Shown: in pieces, positions 6,256-14,841 of the stretch
Position numbering within the stretch: position 1 is the stretch's first letter
Layout of the letters: every line of letters begins with the position of its first letter
Assembly (NCBI GenBank): GCA_022646745.1
Contig: CP060262.1
Coordinates: 2,220,001-2,252,000 of the forward strand
Source of the DNA: Planctomycetales bacterium
GTDB lineage: Bacteria; 4484-113; JAFGCY01
Length of the DNA: 32,000 bases
Direction: 5' to 3'
Program-made: the position numbers and the translations under genes
The notes under the pieces: model-generated
What the model was told of the DNA's origin: nothing
What the model saw: the letters and a program-made list of their open reading frames with translations, nothing else
Databases searched by the model: none

Positions 6256-6745
6256 AGGAGAGGTAGGAGGTTGGAGTGGGGAGGTTGGACAGAAGGCAGG
6301 AGGCAAAACGAGATTGAGAAGCAGAATGAGAATGAGAAGCAGAATGAGAAAGATAAGCAGGTGGATGTAGCGGTGCGCCCCTGGCGCGATTGGTAGAGGA
6401 TATGGCAAAGCGGGAGATGGCGGTGATGAAGTAGGGCGGCGGTGATACCGCCGCCGGGATGGGGTATTACCCCATTTCTACGTAATGCCATAGCGTGACT
6501 GGCACTTGCCAGGCTTACAGCTTGGCCTCCCCTAAGCAATGAGTTGTGAAGAGTGAGCAATGAGTGTTTTGCAGGTCGAAGTTTCCACCAGCCCATCTCA
6601 GGTTCATGGTTCATTGCTCATCACTAGCCAGCCCGGAATGTTCCGGCTGCATCCTGCTGCGCGGGACTGACCTCCATCCGTTGCCAAGCCTACAGCCTGG
6701 CCTCCGTGCGAGCTTGTACCCAAGCACAACGTAGTGCCTGGGCTA
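6256..6745 (+). repeat. mosaic intergenic element, copy C (modules c-d-e-f-g-h-i-j-k)
   Basis: Starts at the nucleotide after the Sel1 TAA. Contains nnnGGAG heptamers (6256-6304), a GAGAAGCAGAAT array (6313-6355) and GTAGC plus a CGCGCC/GGCGCG hairpin (6367-6395). The 54-nt double hairpin is at 6425-6478, GCCAGGC-TTACA-GCTTGGC at 6508-6526 and the AGCAATGAG/CTCATTGCT long hairpin at 6531-6625. The CCGGAATGTTCCGG hairpin is at 6629-6650 and one TCCGTTG unit at 6677-6706. Confidence 0.85.
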
Positions 6746-6775
6746 ACGATAGTCCTGTCTCAGTTGCGATTCTTA

Positions 6776-6804
6776 TTGAAATAAAGCTTAATTGACTGTA
6801 TGGT
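6776..6804 (+). promoter_or_regulatory. sigma70-like promoter of the 901-aa lipoprotein gene
   Basis: TTGAAA (6776-6781), a 17-nt spacer, then TATGGT (6799-6804), inside the only AT-rich patch of this gap and 65 nt upstream of the ATG. Confidence 0.55.
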
Positions 6805-6868
6805 TTATCTAGCCGGAATCTAATGCGGCCGGCCATGTGCTGCCGTCCGTACCGGAAAGGAAGCTCAT

Positions 6869-9574
6869 ATGGCCAGAACAGTGCTCATTGCATTACTGTG
6901 CTGCCTGATCCTCGTCTCCTGCGGTGGCGGGGGCGGAAATACCCCTGACCCTTCCACTGACAGGCCACTCCTCGATAAGCTGCCCGAGGAGCTGCGCAAT
7001 CCCGAGACCCCGGCCGGGGTCGACCCCGTCATCTTCGGGAAACTCGTCGCCCGGCTCCAGCAGGTGGTGCTGGAGAACCCGCGCGGTGCAGCCGCCACGG
7101 CGGAGGATGCAGCATCCGCGGTGCAGCTGGAATGGGATCAGTCCATGTCCCGCCTGCACTGGATGCACCGCATGAAGGGCGACTATGACAACAACGGGGA
7201 GGTGAACATCTCCGACATCACACCGATTGCTCTGTACTTCGGCCAGAGCGGGCCCTTCGCTGACGACAGCCCGCAGAAGGTCGTGGACGGAGATGGCAAC
7301 GGGGAGATCAACATCGCGGACGTGACACCGATCGGAATCAACTTCAGCCGGCGGATCACCGGGTTCAGGCTGTTCACCAGCAACGATGGCGACGACCTCT
7401 CCCTGCCGGCGATCCAGCTGCCTGCGGTGCAGACCATCGCCTTCGCCGACGGCACTGTGCTGCCCGGCGGCCTGCGCGAATTCGAGCTGCCGGTCACGCC
7501 GGACAGCAGCGGTCACTTCTTCTGGCTGCGCCCGACTGACGGCGAGGAGCTCGGCATTGCCAGCAACATCGCCGGCCCCGGACGCTTGCCAATCGCCGTG
7601 CTGTCGGTGCGCCCCTGGATCGGTGAGCCGGCCGGCGCTGACTTCAACGGCGGCAGCAGCTCATCGCCACTGGGGCTCGTGCTCAGCTACGAGTTCGACG
7701 TCCAGGATGACGGCACCTTCGAATTCAACGGGCCAGCGTCCGTTGTCAGCAGCGACCTGCCCGGACTGGGCAGTTACACCGCCAGGCTGCGCGTGACTGA
7801 CCAGAACGGCACGATGGCAAGCGTGCGGCGCCAGTACAGCGTGCTGGCGGTGAGCGGCGGCGTGGCCGAGGTCGGCATCGGCGGCGGCCAGCTCACGCTC
7901 GGCGACGTCAAGGTGCATGTGCTGCCGGGTGTGCTGCTGGGCGACGTGAATGTCAGCGCGGAACCGGCGGAACTGCCGGCGGGCCTGCCGGAGAGCTTCA
8001 ACACCAGCGGGGGCGCGACCCGCATCGAGCTGTCCGACGAGGACCTGCTGAATGCACCGCTTTTGCTGGAGCTGCCCTACGATGACAGCGGGATGGAGGA
8101 CGAGCGGACGGTCAGCGTGCTGTTCTTTGACGAGCAGGGCGGCTGGCTGCCGACGACACCCGTCGAGGTCAACCGGGAGCTGAACCGCATCACCGTTGAC
8201 AGCCGCCGCTTCGGCGTGTTCGTGGTGGGCTGGTTCGACATCTCCAAGATCATCGGCTTCCTGCAGTCCAGCCTGCCGTTCGACCCCGAGCTGCACGGCT
8301 GGAACATCAACAACTTCGGCAACTACTTCTCACCAGGTGGCAACTGCCTCGGGATGTCAGGCTACTGCCAGTGGTTCTATACCGAGGGCCCGCATGAGAT
8401 CCTGAACGGCAAGTACAGCAGTGCAGGCGGCAACCCCGTCAGCATCGCGCACCTGACCGCCGCCCGGGCCCACCTGGCCCAGAGCCAGGCCTGGGCCTTC
8501 CACTACTGGGACGGCCAGATGGCCAGTTCCGAACCGCTGGTCGGCCTGATGATGAAGGTCTACCTGTCGGTGTTCGAGGACCCGCTCGTGCTGCTGCTCG
8601 GTGTCAACGGCAGCGGACGGCACGCCTGCGTGGTGTATGACTACGACGACACGGGCTTCACCTTCTACGACGTCAACAGCAAGGACAACGAGCAGTTCCT
8701 GCCCTTCGATGGCAACGCTGGATTCGGCAGCTACGGCAGCTACAACTCCTTCGGATTCGTCGGCCTGCCCTCGCTCGGGCGCGCCGAGGACTTCAACCAG
8801 CTGACGGATGAGGCGGAAAGCGGCTTCGCGCTGTCGCAGGACATCGCGCTGACAAGCCCCGTGCCGGACCAGCTGGTGGCCGGTGACACCGTCAGCGTGA
8901 CCGGCAACCTGCTGAGCGGGCTGAACGGGCAGTCGGAGGTGATTGCCTATGTCAATGGCGTGCTGTACACCCTGCCTGTCGCCAGCGGCTTCTTCAATGG
9001 CAGCGTGCCGGTGTCGACGGGTGAGAACACCATCATCCTGATGGCGGGCACGATGAGCCAGAGCGACTGGAAGCGCAACGGGGCGACGCTCGTACGCAAT
9101 GTGAGCGGCATCATCGCGCTCAACAAGGTGGCGTTCTACAACTGCTGGGCCAAGAACCAGTCGGACCTCGACCTGTACGTGATCGAGCCCCAGGGTGAGG
9201 CGGTCTGGTCGCAGCGCCAGCGCAGCAAGAGCCTGCTGAGCATGGTGATGGACAACGAGAGCGGCTACGGCCCGGAGGCGATCATGCTCAAGCCTGACAA
9301 CGACGGGCAGGTGCTGCCGGGCCAGTACCTCGTCAGGGTGCACTACCGCGCGGACCTCGGGGGCTTCACGCCGACGGGTCCGGTGGTCGGTCGCGTGACC
9401 GTGGTGCTCAATGAGGGCAGCGAGGACATGCAGCTGTACGCGATCCCCTACGAGCTGAAGGTATCCAACCCGGACAACATCAGCCCGGACGGAGAGGGGG
9501 ATGACTGGGCGGACATCGCGCTGATCGATGTCGCCAACGGCGTGGTCACTCCGCTCACGCCCGGCGGCATGTAG
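6869..9574 (+). CDS. large multidomain lipoprotein: dockerin-like Ca-binding pair, Ig/PKD-like region, Cys/His papain-fold-like module, DUF2135-like C-terminus
   Basis: Lipobox LILVSC followed by GGGGG. Two dockerin-type segments (DYDNNGEVNISDITPIALYF and DGDGNGEINIADVTPIGINF, nt 7181-7345). PKD-like segment TARLRVTDQNGTMASV. GGNCLGMSGYC (Cys codon 8345) and GRHACVVYDYDD..FYDVN (His codon 8621). C-terminal DLDLYVIEPQGE...DNESGYGPEAI...GQYLVRVHY. Confidence 0.85.
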   Translation: MARTVLIALLCCLILVSCGGGGGNTPDPSTDRPLLDKLPEELRNPETPAGVDPVIFGKLVARLQQVVLENPRGAAATAEDAASAVQLEWDQSMSRLHWMHRMKGDYDNNGEVNISDITPIALYFGQSGPFADDSPQKVVDGDGNGEINIADVTPIGINFSRRITGFRLFTSNDGDDLSLPAIQLPAVQTIAFADGTVLPGGLREFELPVTPDSSGHFFWLRPTDGEELGIASNIAGPGRLPIAVLSVRPWIGEPAGADFNGGSSSSPLGLVLSYEFDVQDDGTFEFNGPASVVSSDLPGLGSYTARLRVTDQNGTMASVRRQYSVLAVSGGVAEVGIGGGQLTLGDVKVHVLPGVLLGDVNVSAEPAELPAGLPESFNTSGGATRIELSDEDLLNAPLLLELPYDDSGMEDERTVSVLFFDEQGGWLPTTPVEVNRELNRITVDSRRFGVFVVGWFDISKIIGFLQSSLPFDPELHGWNINNFGNYFSPGGNCLGMSGYCQWFYTEGPHEILNGKYSSAGGNPVSIAHLTAARAHLAQSQAWAFHYWDGQMASSEPLVGLMMKVYLSVFEDPLVLLLGVNGSGRHACVVYDYDDTGFTFYDVNSKDNEQFLPFDGNAGFGSYGSYNSFGFVGLPSLGRAEDFNQLTDEAESGFALSQDIALTSPVPDQLVAGDTVSVTGNLLSGLNGQSEVIAYVNGVLYTLPVASGFFNGSVPVSTGENTIILMAGTMSQSDWKRNGATLVRNVSGIIALNKVAFYNCWAKNQSDLDLYVIEPQGEAVWSQRQRSKSLLSMVMDNESGYGPEAIMLKPDNDGQVLPGQYLVRVHYRADLGGFTPTGPVVGRVTVVLNEGSEDMQLYAIPYELKVSNPDNISPDGEGDDWADIALIDVANGVVTPLTPGGM

Positions 9575-9585
9575 TCAGTTGCAGG

Positions 9586-9637
9586 AAAGGCAGTGGCCGG
9601 CTGCGGGTGCACAGCCCGTGGCTGGCCACCGGCCTTT
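9586..9637. terminator. long imperfect hairpin flanked by AAA/TTT (possible bidirectional terminator)
   Basis: AAAGGC.GTGGCC ... GGCCAC.GGCCTTT with an inner CGGG-TGCACAG-CCCG stem, 12 nt after the lipoprotein stop. The T-run is short, so termination efficiency is uncertain. Confidence 0.45.
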
Positions 9638-9893
9638 GTCAGAAATGAGTACTGAAGAGTAAGCAATGAGAGTCGAGGAGGTCGAAGTAATCTCCGATCC
9701 TTGTCAGGCTCATTGCTGATTCCTCATTGCTCATCACTTGCCAGGCCGGAATGTTTTGGCTGCATCCGGCTGCACGGGGCGGAGCTCCATCCGTTGCCCG
9801 AATGACATCGGGCCTCCGACTACCGCTGAAGCGGGTAGCTCCGTTGTCAGACTTTCGTCTGACCTCCGTTGCCAAGCTAACAACTTGGCCTCC
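9638..9893 (+). repeat. mosaic intergenic element, copy D (modules i-j-k)
   Basis: AGCAATGAG/CTCATTGCT long hairpin (9643-9737), the CCGGAATGTTTTGG hairpin (9742-9762) and TCCGTTG-hairpin units at 9790, 9840 and 9865. The final CCTCC (9889-9893) abuts the complement of the phoU stop codon. Homologous to 6531-6706. Confidence 0.85.
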
Positions 9894-10574
9894 CTAGCCG
9901 TCGCGGACGACTTCGAGCTTGATGTGCTGGTGGCGGATGATCTCGCCCTCCACCATGAACACCACGTCCTCGGCGATGTTCGTCGCCTGGTCCGCGATGC
10001 GCTCGAGGTGGCGGCTGGACATCATCAGCTCAATGTTCTGCTGGGAGTTCTGCGGGTTCGCCAGCAGGTTGGCGGTCAGTTCATTGATGATGCGCTCATT
10101 GGCGGCGTCGATCACGTCGTCACGCGCAATCACCACGCGCGCCAGGTTGGCATCGAGGTTGACTAGCGCTTTCAGGCAGTCCGACACCATCGAGCGCACC
10201 TGCTCCGCCATGCTCGTCAGCTCCGGACGCGGGATCGGGTTGGGCATTTCGCCGAGGCGCAGCGAGCTGCGGGCGATGTTGCAGGCCAGGTCGCCCATCC
10301 GCTCCAGCGTGCTGTTGACCTTGATCGAGGCCACGATGAAGCGCAGGTCGGTTGCCACCGGCTGGTGCAGGGCCAGAAGCTTCAGGCAGTTCTCCTCGAT
10401 TTCCACTTCCATGTCATCGATCGCGTGGTCCAGCGCAAGCACGTCATGCGCCAGTTCGGGGCGCTGGCTTGCCAGCGAGGCGATCGCCTTCTGGATGCTC
10501 ATCTCCACGAGGCCGCCGATCTCGAGGATGTGGCGCTCGATGGAGCTCATGTCGCGGGTCAGGTGTCTGTTCAT
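9894..10574 (-). CDS. phoU: phosphate signalling complex protein PhoU
   Basis: Two PhoU repeats (ERMGDLACNIA, ERIADQATNIAEDVVF), 226 aa, directly downstream of pstB. Confidence 0.93.
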   Translation of the reverse strand: MNRHLTRDMSSIERHILEIGGLVEMSIQKAIASLASQRPELAHDVLALDHAIDDMEVEIEENCLKLLALHQPVATDLRFIVASIKVNSTLERMGDLACNIARSSLRLGEMPNPIPRPELTSMAEQVRSMVSDCLKALVNLDANLARVVIARDDVIDAANERIINELTANLLANPQNSQQNIELMMSSRHLERIADQATNIAEDVVFMVEGEIIRHQHIKLEVVRDG

Positions 10575-10599
10575 TTAATTGCTCCCCTGGGCAGGCGGA

Positions 10600-11481
10600 T
10601 CAGCCGAAGCGGCCGGTGACGTACTCTTCCGTCTGCTTCTGGCTGGGACGGGTGAAGACCTGCTGGGTCTCGCCGAACTCGATAAGTTTACCGAGAACCA
10701 TGAAGGCGGTGTAGTCCGACACGCGCGCGGCCTGCTGCATGTTGTGGGTCACGATCACGATCATGTAATCCTTGCGCAGCTCAAGCAGCAGGTCCTCGAT
10801 GGCAGCGGTGCTGATCGGGTCCAGCGCCGAGCATGGCTCGTCCAGCAGGATCACCTCGGGGCGGATGGCAACGGTGCGCGCGATGCACAGGCGCTGCTGC
10901 TGGCCACCGGAGAGGCTCATGCCGTTGGCATGCAGCTTGTCCTTGACCTCCTCCCACAGTGCGCTCTTGCGCAGGCAGTCCTCGACGCGGGCGTCAATCT
11001 CGCTCTTGGGCAGCTTCTCGTATAGCTTGATGCCGAATGCGATGTTGTCATAGATGCTCATCGGGAATGGCGTCGGCTTCTGGAACACCATCCCAATCCG
11101 GGAGCGCAGCAGGTTGAGGTCAAGGCCCTGGCGCAGGATGCTCTCGCCCTCCAGCGTCACCTCGCCCTCGGCACGCTGGCCGGGGTAGAGGTCGTACATC
11201 CGGTTGAGCACGCGCAGCATGGTGGACTTGCCGCAGCCGGAGGGGCCGATGAAGGCGGTCACGCGGCGGTCGTAGAGCGGCAGGTTCAGGTTGAACAGTG
11301 CCTGGCTGCTGCCATAGAAGAAGTTCAGGTTGCGCAGGGACATCTTCTCGTGCAGGTCCTGTGACGTGCTGTCATCCTCGCCGGTGTCGCGCACCATCAG
11401 CTCCGCCTTGATCGTCGGCAGCTTCGGGCGCTCGCTGAGTCCGGGGGCGCTGCCAGCGGACTCCATCTTGATCCTATCCAT
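10600..11481 (-). CDS. pstB: phosphate ABC transporter ATP-binding protein PstB
   Basis: Walker [10 protein letters not shown], signature LSGGQQQRL, Walker B ILLDEP, and the PstB-typical [22 protein letters not shown]. Start taken at MDRIK (ATG 11481), which overlaps the pstA stop (ATGGATAG); the tracked ORF extends to 11514. Confidence 0.93.
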   Translation of the reverse strand: MDRIKMESAGSAPGLSERPKLPTIKAELMVRDTGEDDSTSQDLHEKMSLRNLNFFYGSSQALFNLNLPLYDRRVTAFIGPSGCGKSTMLRVLNRMYDLYPGQRAEGEVTLEGESILRQGLDLNLLRSRIGMVFQKPTPFPMSIYDNIAFGIKLYEKLPKSEIDARVEDCLRKSALWEEVKDKLHANGMSLSGGQQQRLCIARTVAIRPEVILLDEPCSALDPISTAAIEDLLLELRKDYMIVIVTHNMQQAARVSDYTAFMVLGKLIEFGETQQVFTRPSQKQTEEYVTGRFG

Positions 11482-12400
11482 TCTTGCTCCTTTGCGTGCC
11501 GAGCGTGCGGGCAATGATGCTCAGCAGCAGCACTGCGGTGGTGATCAGCAGGGCGCCGACCCAGGCCAGGCGTTGCCATTCCTCATAGGGACTCATCGCA
11601 TACTGGAAGATCACCACCGGCAGGTTGGCCAGCGGGTGGTTCAGCTCCAGGCTCCAGAACTGGTTGTTTAGTGCGGTGAACAGCAGCGGGGCGGTCTCGC
11701 CGCTGATCCTGGCAACGGCCAGCAGCACGCCGGTGATGATTCCGGCACGCGCGGCGCGGTAGGCCACATGGCGGATCACCAGCGAACGCGGCATGCCGAG
11801 CGCCGAGGCCGCCTCACGCAGGTGCACCGGCACCAGGTTCAGCATGTCCTCAGTGGTGCGCACAACGACCGGGATCACGATGATCGCCAGCGCGACGGCA
11901 CCGGCCAGGCCGGAGAAGTGCCCGCCGAGCTCGATCTCGATCGCGCCGCCGAACAGCTTGCCGGGCATTGGGATCGCAAACTCAATGTGCGGGGCCACGA
12001 GGATCGTGTAGACGAACAGTCCGATCACGATGCTCGGTGCACTCAGCAGGATGTCATTGATGAAGCGCACGAACATCGTCAGCTTCGAGTTGCGCCCGTA
12101 CTCCGCCATGTAGGTGCCGGCGAGGATGCCGATCGGCGTACCGAGCAGCGTACCGAGCACGGTCATGAACAGGCTGCCGACGATTGCGTTCAGCAGGCCG
12201 CCGGAGTCGCCCGGGGGCGGGGTCATCTCGGTGAAGACCTTCAGTTCGACGCCGGTCACACCCTCGAACAGCAGGGTGCCGAGGATCAGCGCCAGCCACA
12301 TCAGGCCGATGCCGGCGGCGGCGACGCACAGCGTCATCATCACCGTGTTGCGCAGCTTGCGGCTGGCGTAGAGGCGCATGTCCATGTTCGTGGCTGACAT
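11474..12400 (-). CDS. pstA: phosphate ABC transporter permease PstA
   Basis: Six-TM permease with the EAA-like loop ([11 protein letters not shown]). Its ATG overlaps the pstC stop by 1 nt. Confidence 0.92.
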   Translation of the reverse strand: MSATNMDMRLYASRKLRNTVMMTLCVAAAGIGLMWLALILGTLLFEGVTGVELKVFTEMTPPPGDSGGLLNAIVGSLFMTVLGTLLGTPIGILAGTYMAEYGRNSKLTMFVRFINDILLSAPSIVIGLFVYTILVAPHIEFAIPMPGKLFGGAIEIELGGHFSGLAGAVALAIIVIPVVVRTTEDMLNLVPVHLREAASALGMPRSLVIRHVAYRAARAGIITGVLLAVARISGETAPLLFTALNNQFWSLELNHPLANLPVVIFQYAMSPYEEWQRLAWVGALLITTAVLLLSIIARTLGTQRSKNG

Positions 12401-13395
12401 CAGTTTCCAAGCCTCCGCTCAATCCGCATCAGCATCAGGCGGGCGGCTGCCAGCACGATGAAGGTGATCACGAACAGGATGAAGCCCAGCGCGAACAGGG
12501 TGCTGGAGTACAGGCCGGGGTCTGCCTCGGTGAACTCGTTGGCAATGGTTGCCGAGATGGTTGTGCCGGGGTCGAGGAAGGACGGGTTGATGCGGTGCGC
12601 GTTGCCGATCACGAAGGTGACGGCCATCGTCTCACCGAGCGCACGGCCCAGTGCCAGCATCCCGCCGCCGATCACGCCGACACGGGTATGCGGGATCACC
12701 ACCTTGCGCACCACCTCCCAGGTCGTGCAGCCCAGCCCGTAGGCGGCTTCCTTCAGCACGGCGGGGACGGTCTCGAACACGTCGCGGCTGACGGAGCTGA
12801 TGAAGGGGATGATCATGATTGACAGAATCAGCGAGGCCGTCAGCACGTTGGTGCCGTACGAACCGTTGGCAAACAGCGCATTGAGCAGCGGGATCGGCGC
12901 GAAGAACTTCACCAGGGAGGGGTTGACATGCTCGGCGAGGAAGGGGGCGAAGATGAACAGGCCCCAGATGCCGTAAATGATGCTCGGTACACCTGCCAGC
13001 AGCTCGACGGCGATGCCGATCGGCTTACGCAGGGCCATCGGGCAGGTCTCGGTCAGGAAGATGGCAATCCCGAGCCCGATCGGCATGGCGATCGCCATGG
13101 CGATGAGCGAGCTGATCAGCGTGCCGTAGATCGCAGGCAGGCCGCCGAAGATCTCCTTGGGCGGGCTCCAGCGCTGGCTGATGAAGAACTCCCAGCCGAA
13201 GGCCTGGAAGGCGGGCAGGGCGCCGCGGAACAGCGCGACCATCACCCCGGTGAGGATGATCACCACGGTCCAGCAGGCAATCAGGGTGGTGAGCGAGAAT
13301 GCGCGGTCTCCCCTGGCGAAGCCGCGCAGCACCTTGCTGCGCTGCTCGGTCAGTTGCGCCGCATCCAGGCCCACATTCAGCATGGTTCCAGACAT
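12400..13395 (-). CDS. pstC: phosphate ABC transporter permease PstC
   Basis: PstC-type permease ([15 protein letters not shown]..., [12 protein letters not shown]). Start chosen at MSGTML behind GGAAGG; the tracked ORF extends to 13491. Confidence 0.88.
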   Translation of the reverse strand: MSGTMLNVGLDAAQLTEQRSKVLRGFARGDRAFSLTTLIACWTVVIILTGVMVALFRGALPAFQAFGWEFFISQRWSPPKEIFGGLPAIYGTLISSLIAMAIAMPIGLGIAIFLTETCPMALRKPIGIAVELLAGVPSIIYGIWGLFIFAPFLAEHVNPSLVKFFAPIPLLNALFANGSYGTNVLTASLILSIMIIPFISSVSRDVFETVPAVLKEAAYGLGCTTWEVVRKVVIPHTRVGVIGGGMLALGRALGETMAVTFVIGNAHRINPSFLDPGTTISATIANEFTEADPGLYSSTLFALGFILFVITFIVLAAARLMLMRIERRLGN

Positions 13396-13497
13396 CTGCC
13401 TTCCGTTGCTTGTCCTCGCCGTTGCCGGCGGGCGGGCTGCGGCTGCCAGACAATTAACATCTGGTTGAGCCGGCTGCAGATATTGAATCAAACCAGC

Positions 13498-13513
13498 ATG
13501 AAGATTGTGTGAA
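13498..13513 (-). promoter_or_regulatory. candidate Pho box upstream of pstC
   Basis: On the minus strand TTCAC-acaatc-TTCAT (GTGAA 13509-13513, ATGAA 13498-13502), 11-bp period, between the pstS terminator and pstC. No clear -10 at the 21-nt distance seen at the other boxes. Confidence 0.4.
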
Positions 13514-13536
13514 GATAGCCGTCGGATTGCGTAAAT

Positions 13537-13575
13537 ACAAAAAGGACTCCCCCCACCGCCAGGCGGGGGAAGTCC
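13537..13575 (-). terminator. rho-independent terminator after the lipoprotein-type pstS
   Basis: On the minus strand GGACTTCCCCCG-loop-GGGGGGAGTCC is followed by TTTTTGTATTT. Confidence 0.75.
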
Positions 13576-13605
13576 TCATGCGTCTAGGGGTAGCTCTGTT
13601 TGGGG

Positions 13606-14814
13606 CTAGACCAGCGGCTGGCCGTCCTCGCCCTTGATCTCACTGGACCACATCGCCTCGACGCTCTCCACCACGGAGGCCGGCATCGGGATGTAGTCGA
13701 GGCCGAGCGCTTCCTCACTGCCGTACTCGAAGGCCCACTTGAAGAACTTGAGCGCTTCGGTGGAGGAGGCGTCATCCTCGGGGGTCTTGTACATCAGGAT
13801 GAAGGTGGCGGCGGTCATCGGCCAGGTGGCGTCACCAGGCTGGTTGGCGAGGATCACGCCATAGCCGGGCACGCTGTTCCAGTCAGCGCTGGCGGCCGCG
13901 GCGGCGAATGCGTCTGCATCCGGGCTGACGGTCTTGCCGGCCTGGTTGATCATGTTGCAGTGCGTCATGTTGTTCTGCTTGGCATATGCGTACTCAACAT
14001 AGCCGATGCTGTTCTTGGCGCCGGCCACGTTCTGGGCCACGCCTTCGTTGCCCTTGGCACCGATGCCGACCGGCCACTCAACGGCCTTGTCAACACCGAT
14101 CCCGGTCTTCCAGGCCTCACTGACCTCTGCCAGGTAGTAGGTGAAGTTGTAGGTGGTGCCGGAACCGTCTGAACGGGTGACGACGTTGATGCTGGTCTCG
14201 GGCAGGCTGACACCCTCGTTGAGGGCGGCGATCGCGGGGTCATTCCACATCGTGACCTTGCCCATGAAGATGTCGGCGAGGGTGCTGCCATCCAGGGTGA
14301 GCTGGCCGGCCTCGATGCCCTCGAGGTTGATGACGGGGACGATGCCGCCCATCACCATCGGCCACTGCACGAGGCCGCTTTCCGCCAGCTCCTCGCCGCT
14401 GAGCGGGGCATCGGTGGCACCGAAGGTGACGGTCTTCGCCTGGATCTGCTTGATGCCGCCGCCGGAGCCGATGGACTGGTAGTTCAGGCCGATGCCGGTT
14501 TCCTTCTGGTAGCTGTCTGCCCACTTGGAGTAGACCGGGTAGGGGAAGGTCGCACCGGCACCGGAGATCTGGCCGACGCTGCCGGCTGAAGCGGTGTCAG
14601 TGGCGGATGTGTCCGTTGCCGAGCTGTCGGTGCTGCCGCTGGCGCTGCCGTTGTCGGAAGTGCCGGACGTGCTCGTGCTGCTGGAGTCGGTGGACGTGCT
14701 GTCGCTGCCGGACGGGCAACCCGCTGCGAACGCTGCCAGGCTGGCAAGGGTTGCCAGCAGGACCAGCGCGCGGAGCGGGAAGAAGTTATTCAGGGTGATG
14801 CCTGTGCGATTCAT
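13606..14814 (-). CDS. pstS: phosphate-binding protein PstS, lipoprotein form with Ser/Thr/Asp-rich tether
   Basis: Start at MNRTG behind GGAGGT (7-nt spacer). Lipobox FAAGC, then a low-complexity S/T/D linker of about 45 aa (nt 14581-14715), then the PstS core (GAGATFPYPVYSKWA..., TRSDGSGTT). The tracked ORF extends to 14985. Confidence 0.9.
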   Translation of the reverse strand: MNRTGITLNNFFPLRALVLLATLASLAAFAAGCPSGSDSTSTDSSSTSTSGTSDNGSASGSTDSSATDTSATDTASAGSVGQISGAGATFPYPVYSKWADSYQKETGIGLNYQSIGSGGGIKQIQAKTVTFGATDAPLSGEELAESGLVQWPMVMGGIVPVINLEGIEAGQLTLDGSTLADIFMGKVTMWNDPAIAALNEGVSLPETSINVVTRSDGSGTTYNFTYYLAEVSEAWKTGIGVDKAVEWPVGIGAKGNEGVAQNVAGAKNSIGYVEYAYAKQNNMTHCNMINQAGKTVSPDADAFAAAAASADWNSVPGYGVILANQPGDATWPMTAATFILMYKTPEDDASSTEALKFFKWAFEYGSEEALGLDYIPMPASVVESVEAMWSSEIKGEDGQPLV

Positions 14815-14841
14815 TGATATACCTCCGTAATAGGCAGGGAG

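Noticed and set aside
13395-13491. N-terminal extensions of tracked ORFs (pstC to 13491, pstS to 14985, pstB to 11514, GntR to 2555, queD from 4627)
   Set aside because: The extensions lack an RBS, have non-coding-like composition, and in several cases run across promoters or Pho boxes. Internal ATGs with good SD spacing and family-typical N-termini were preferred.
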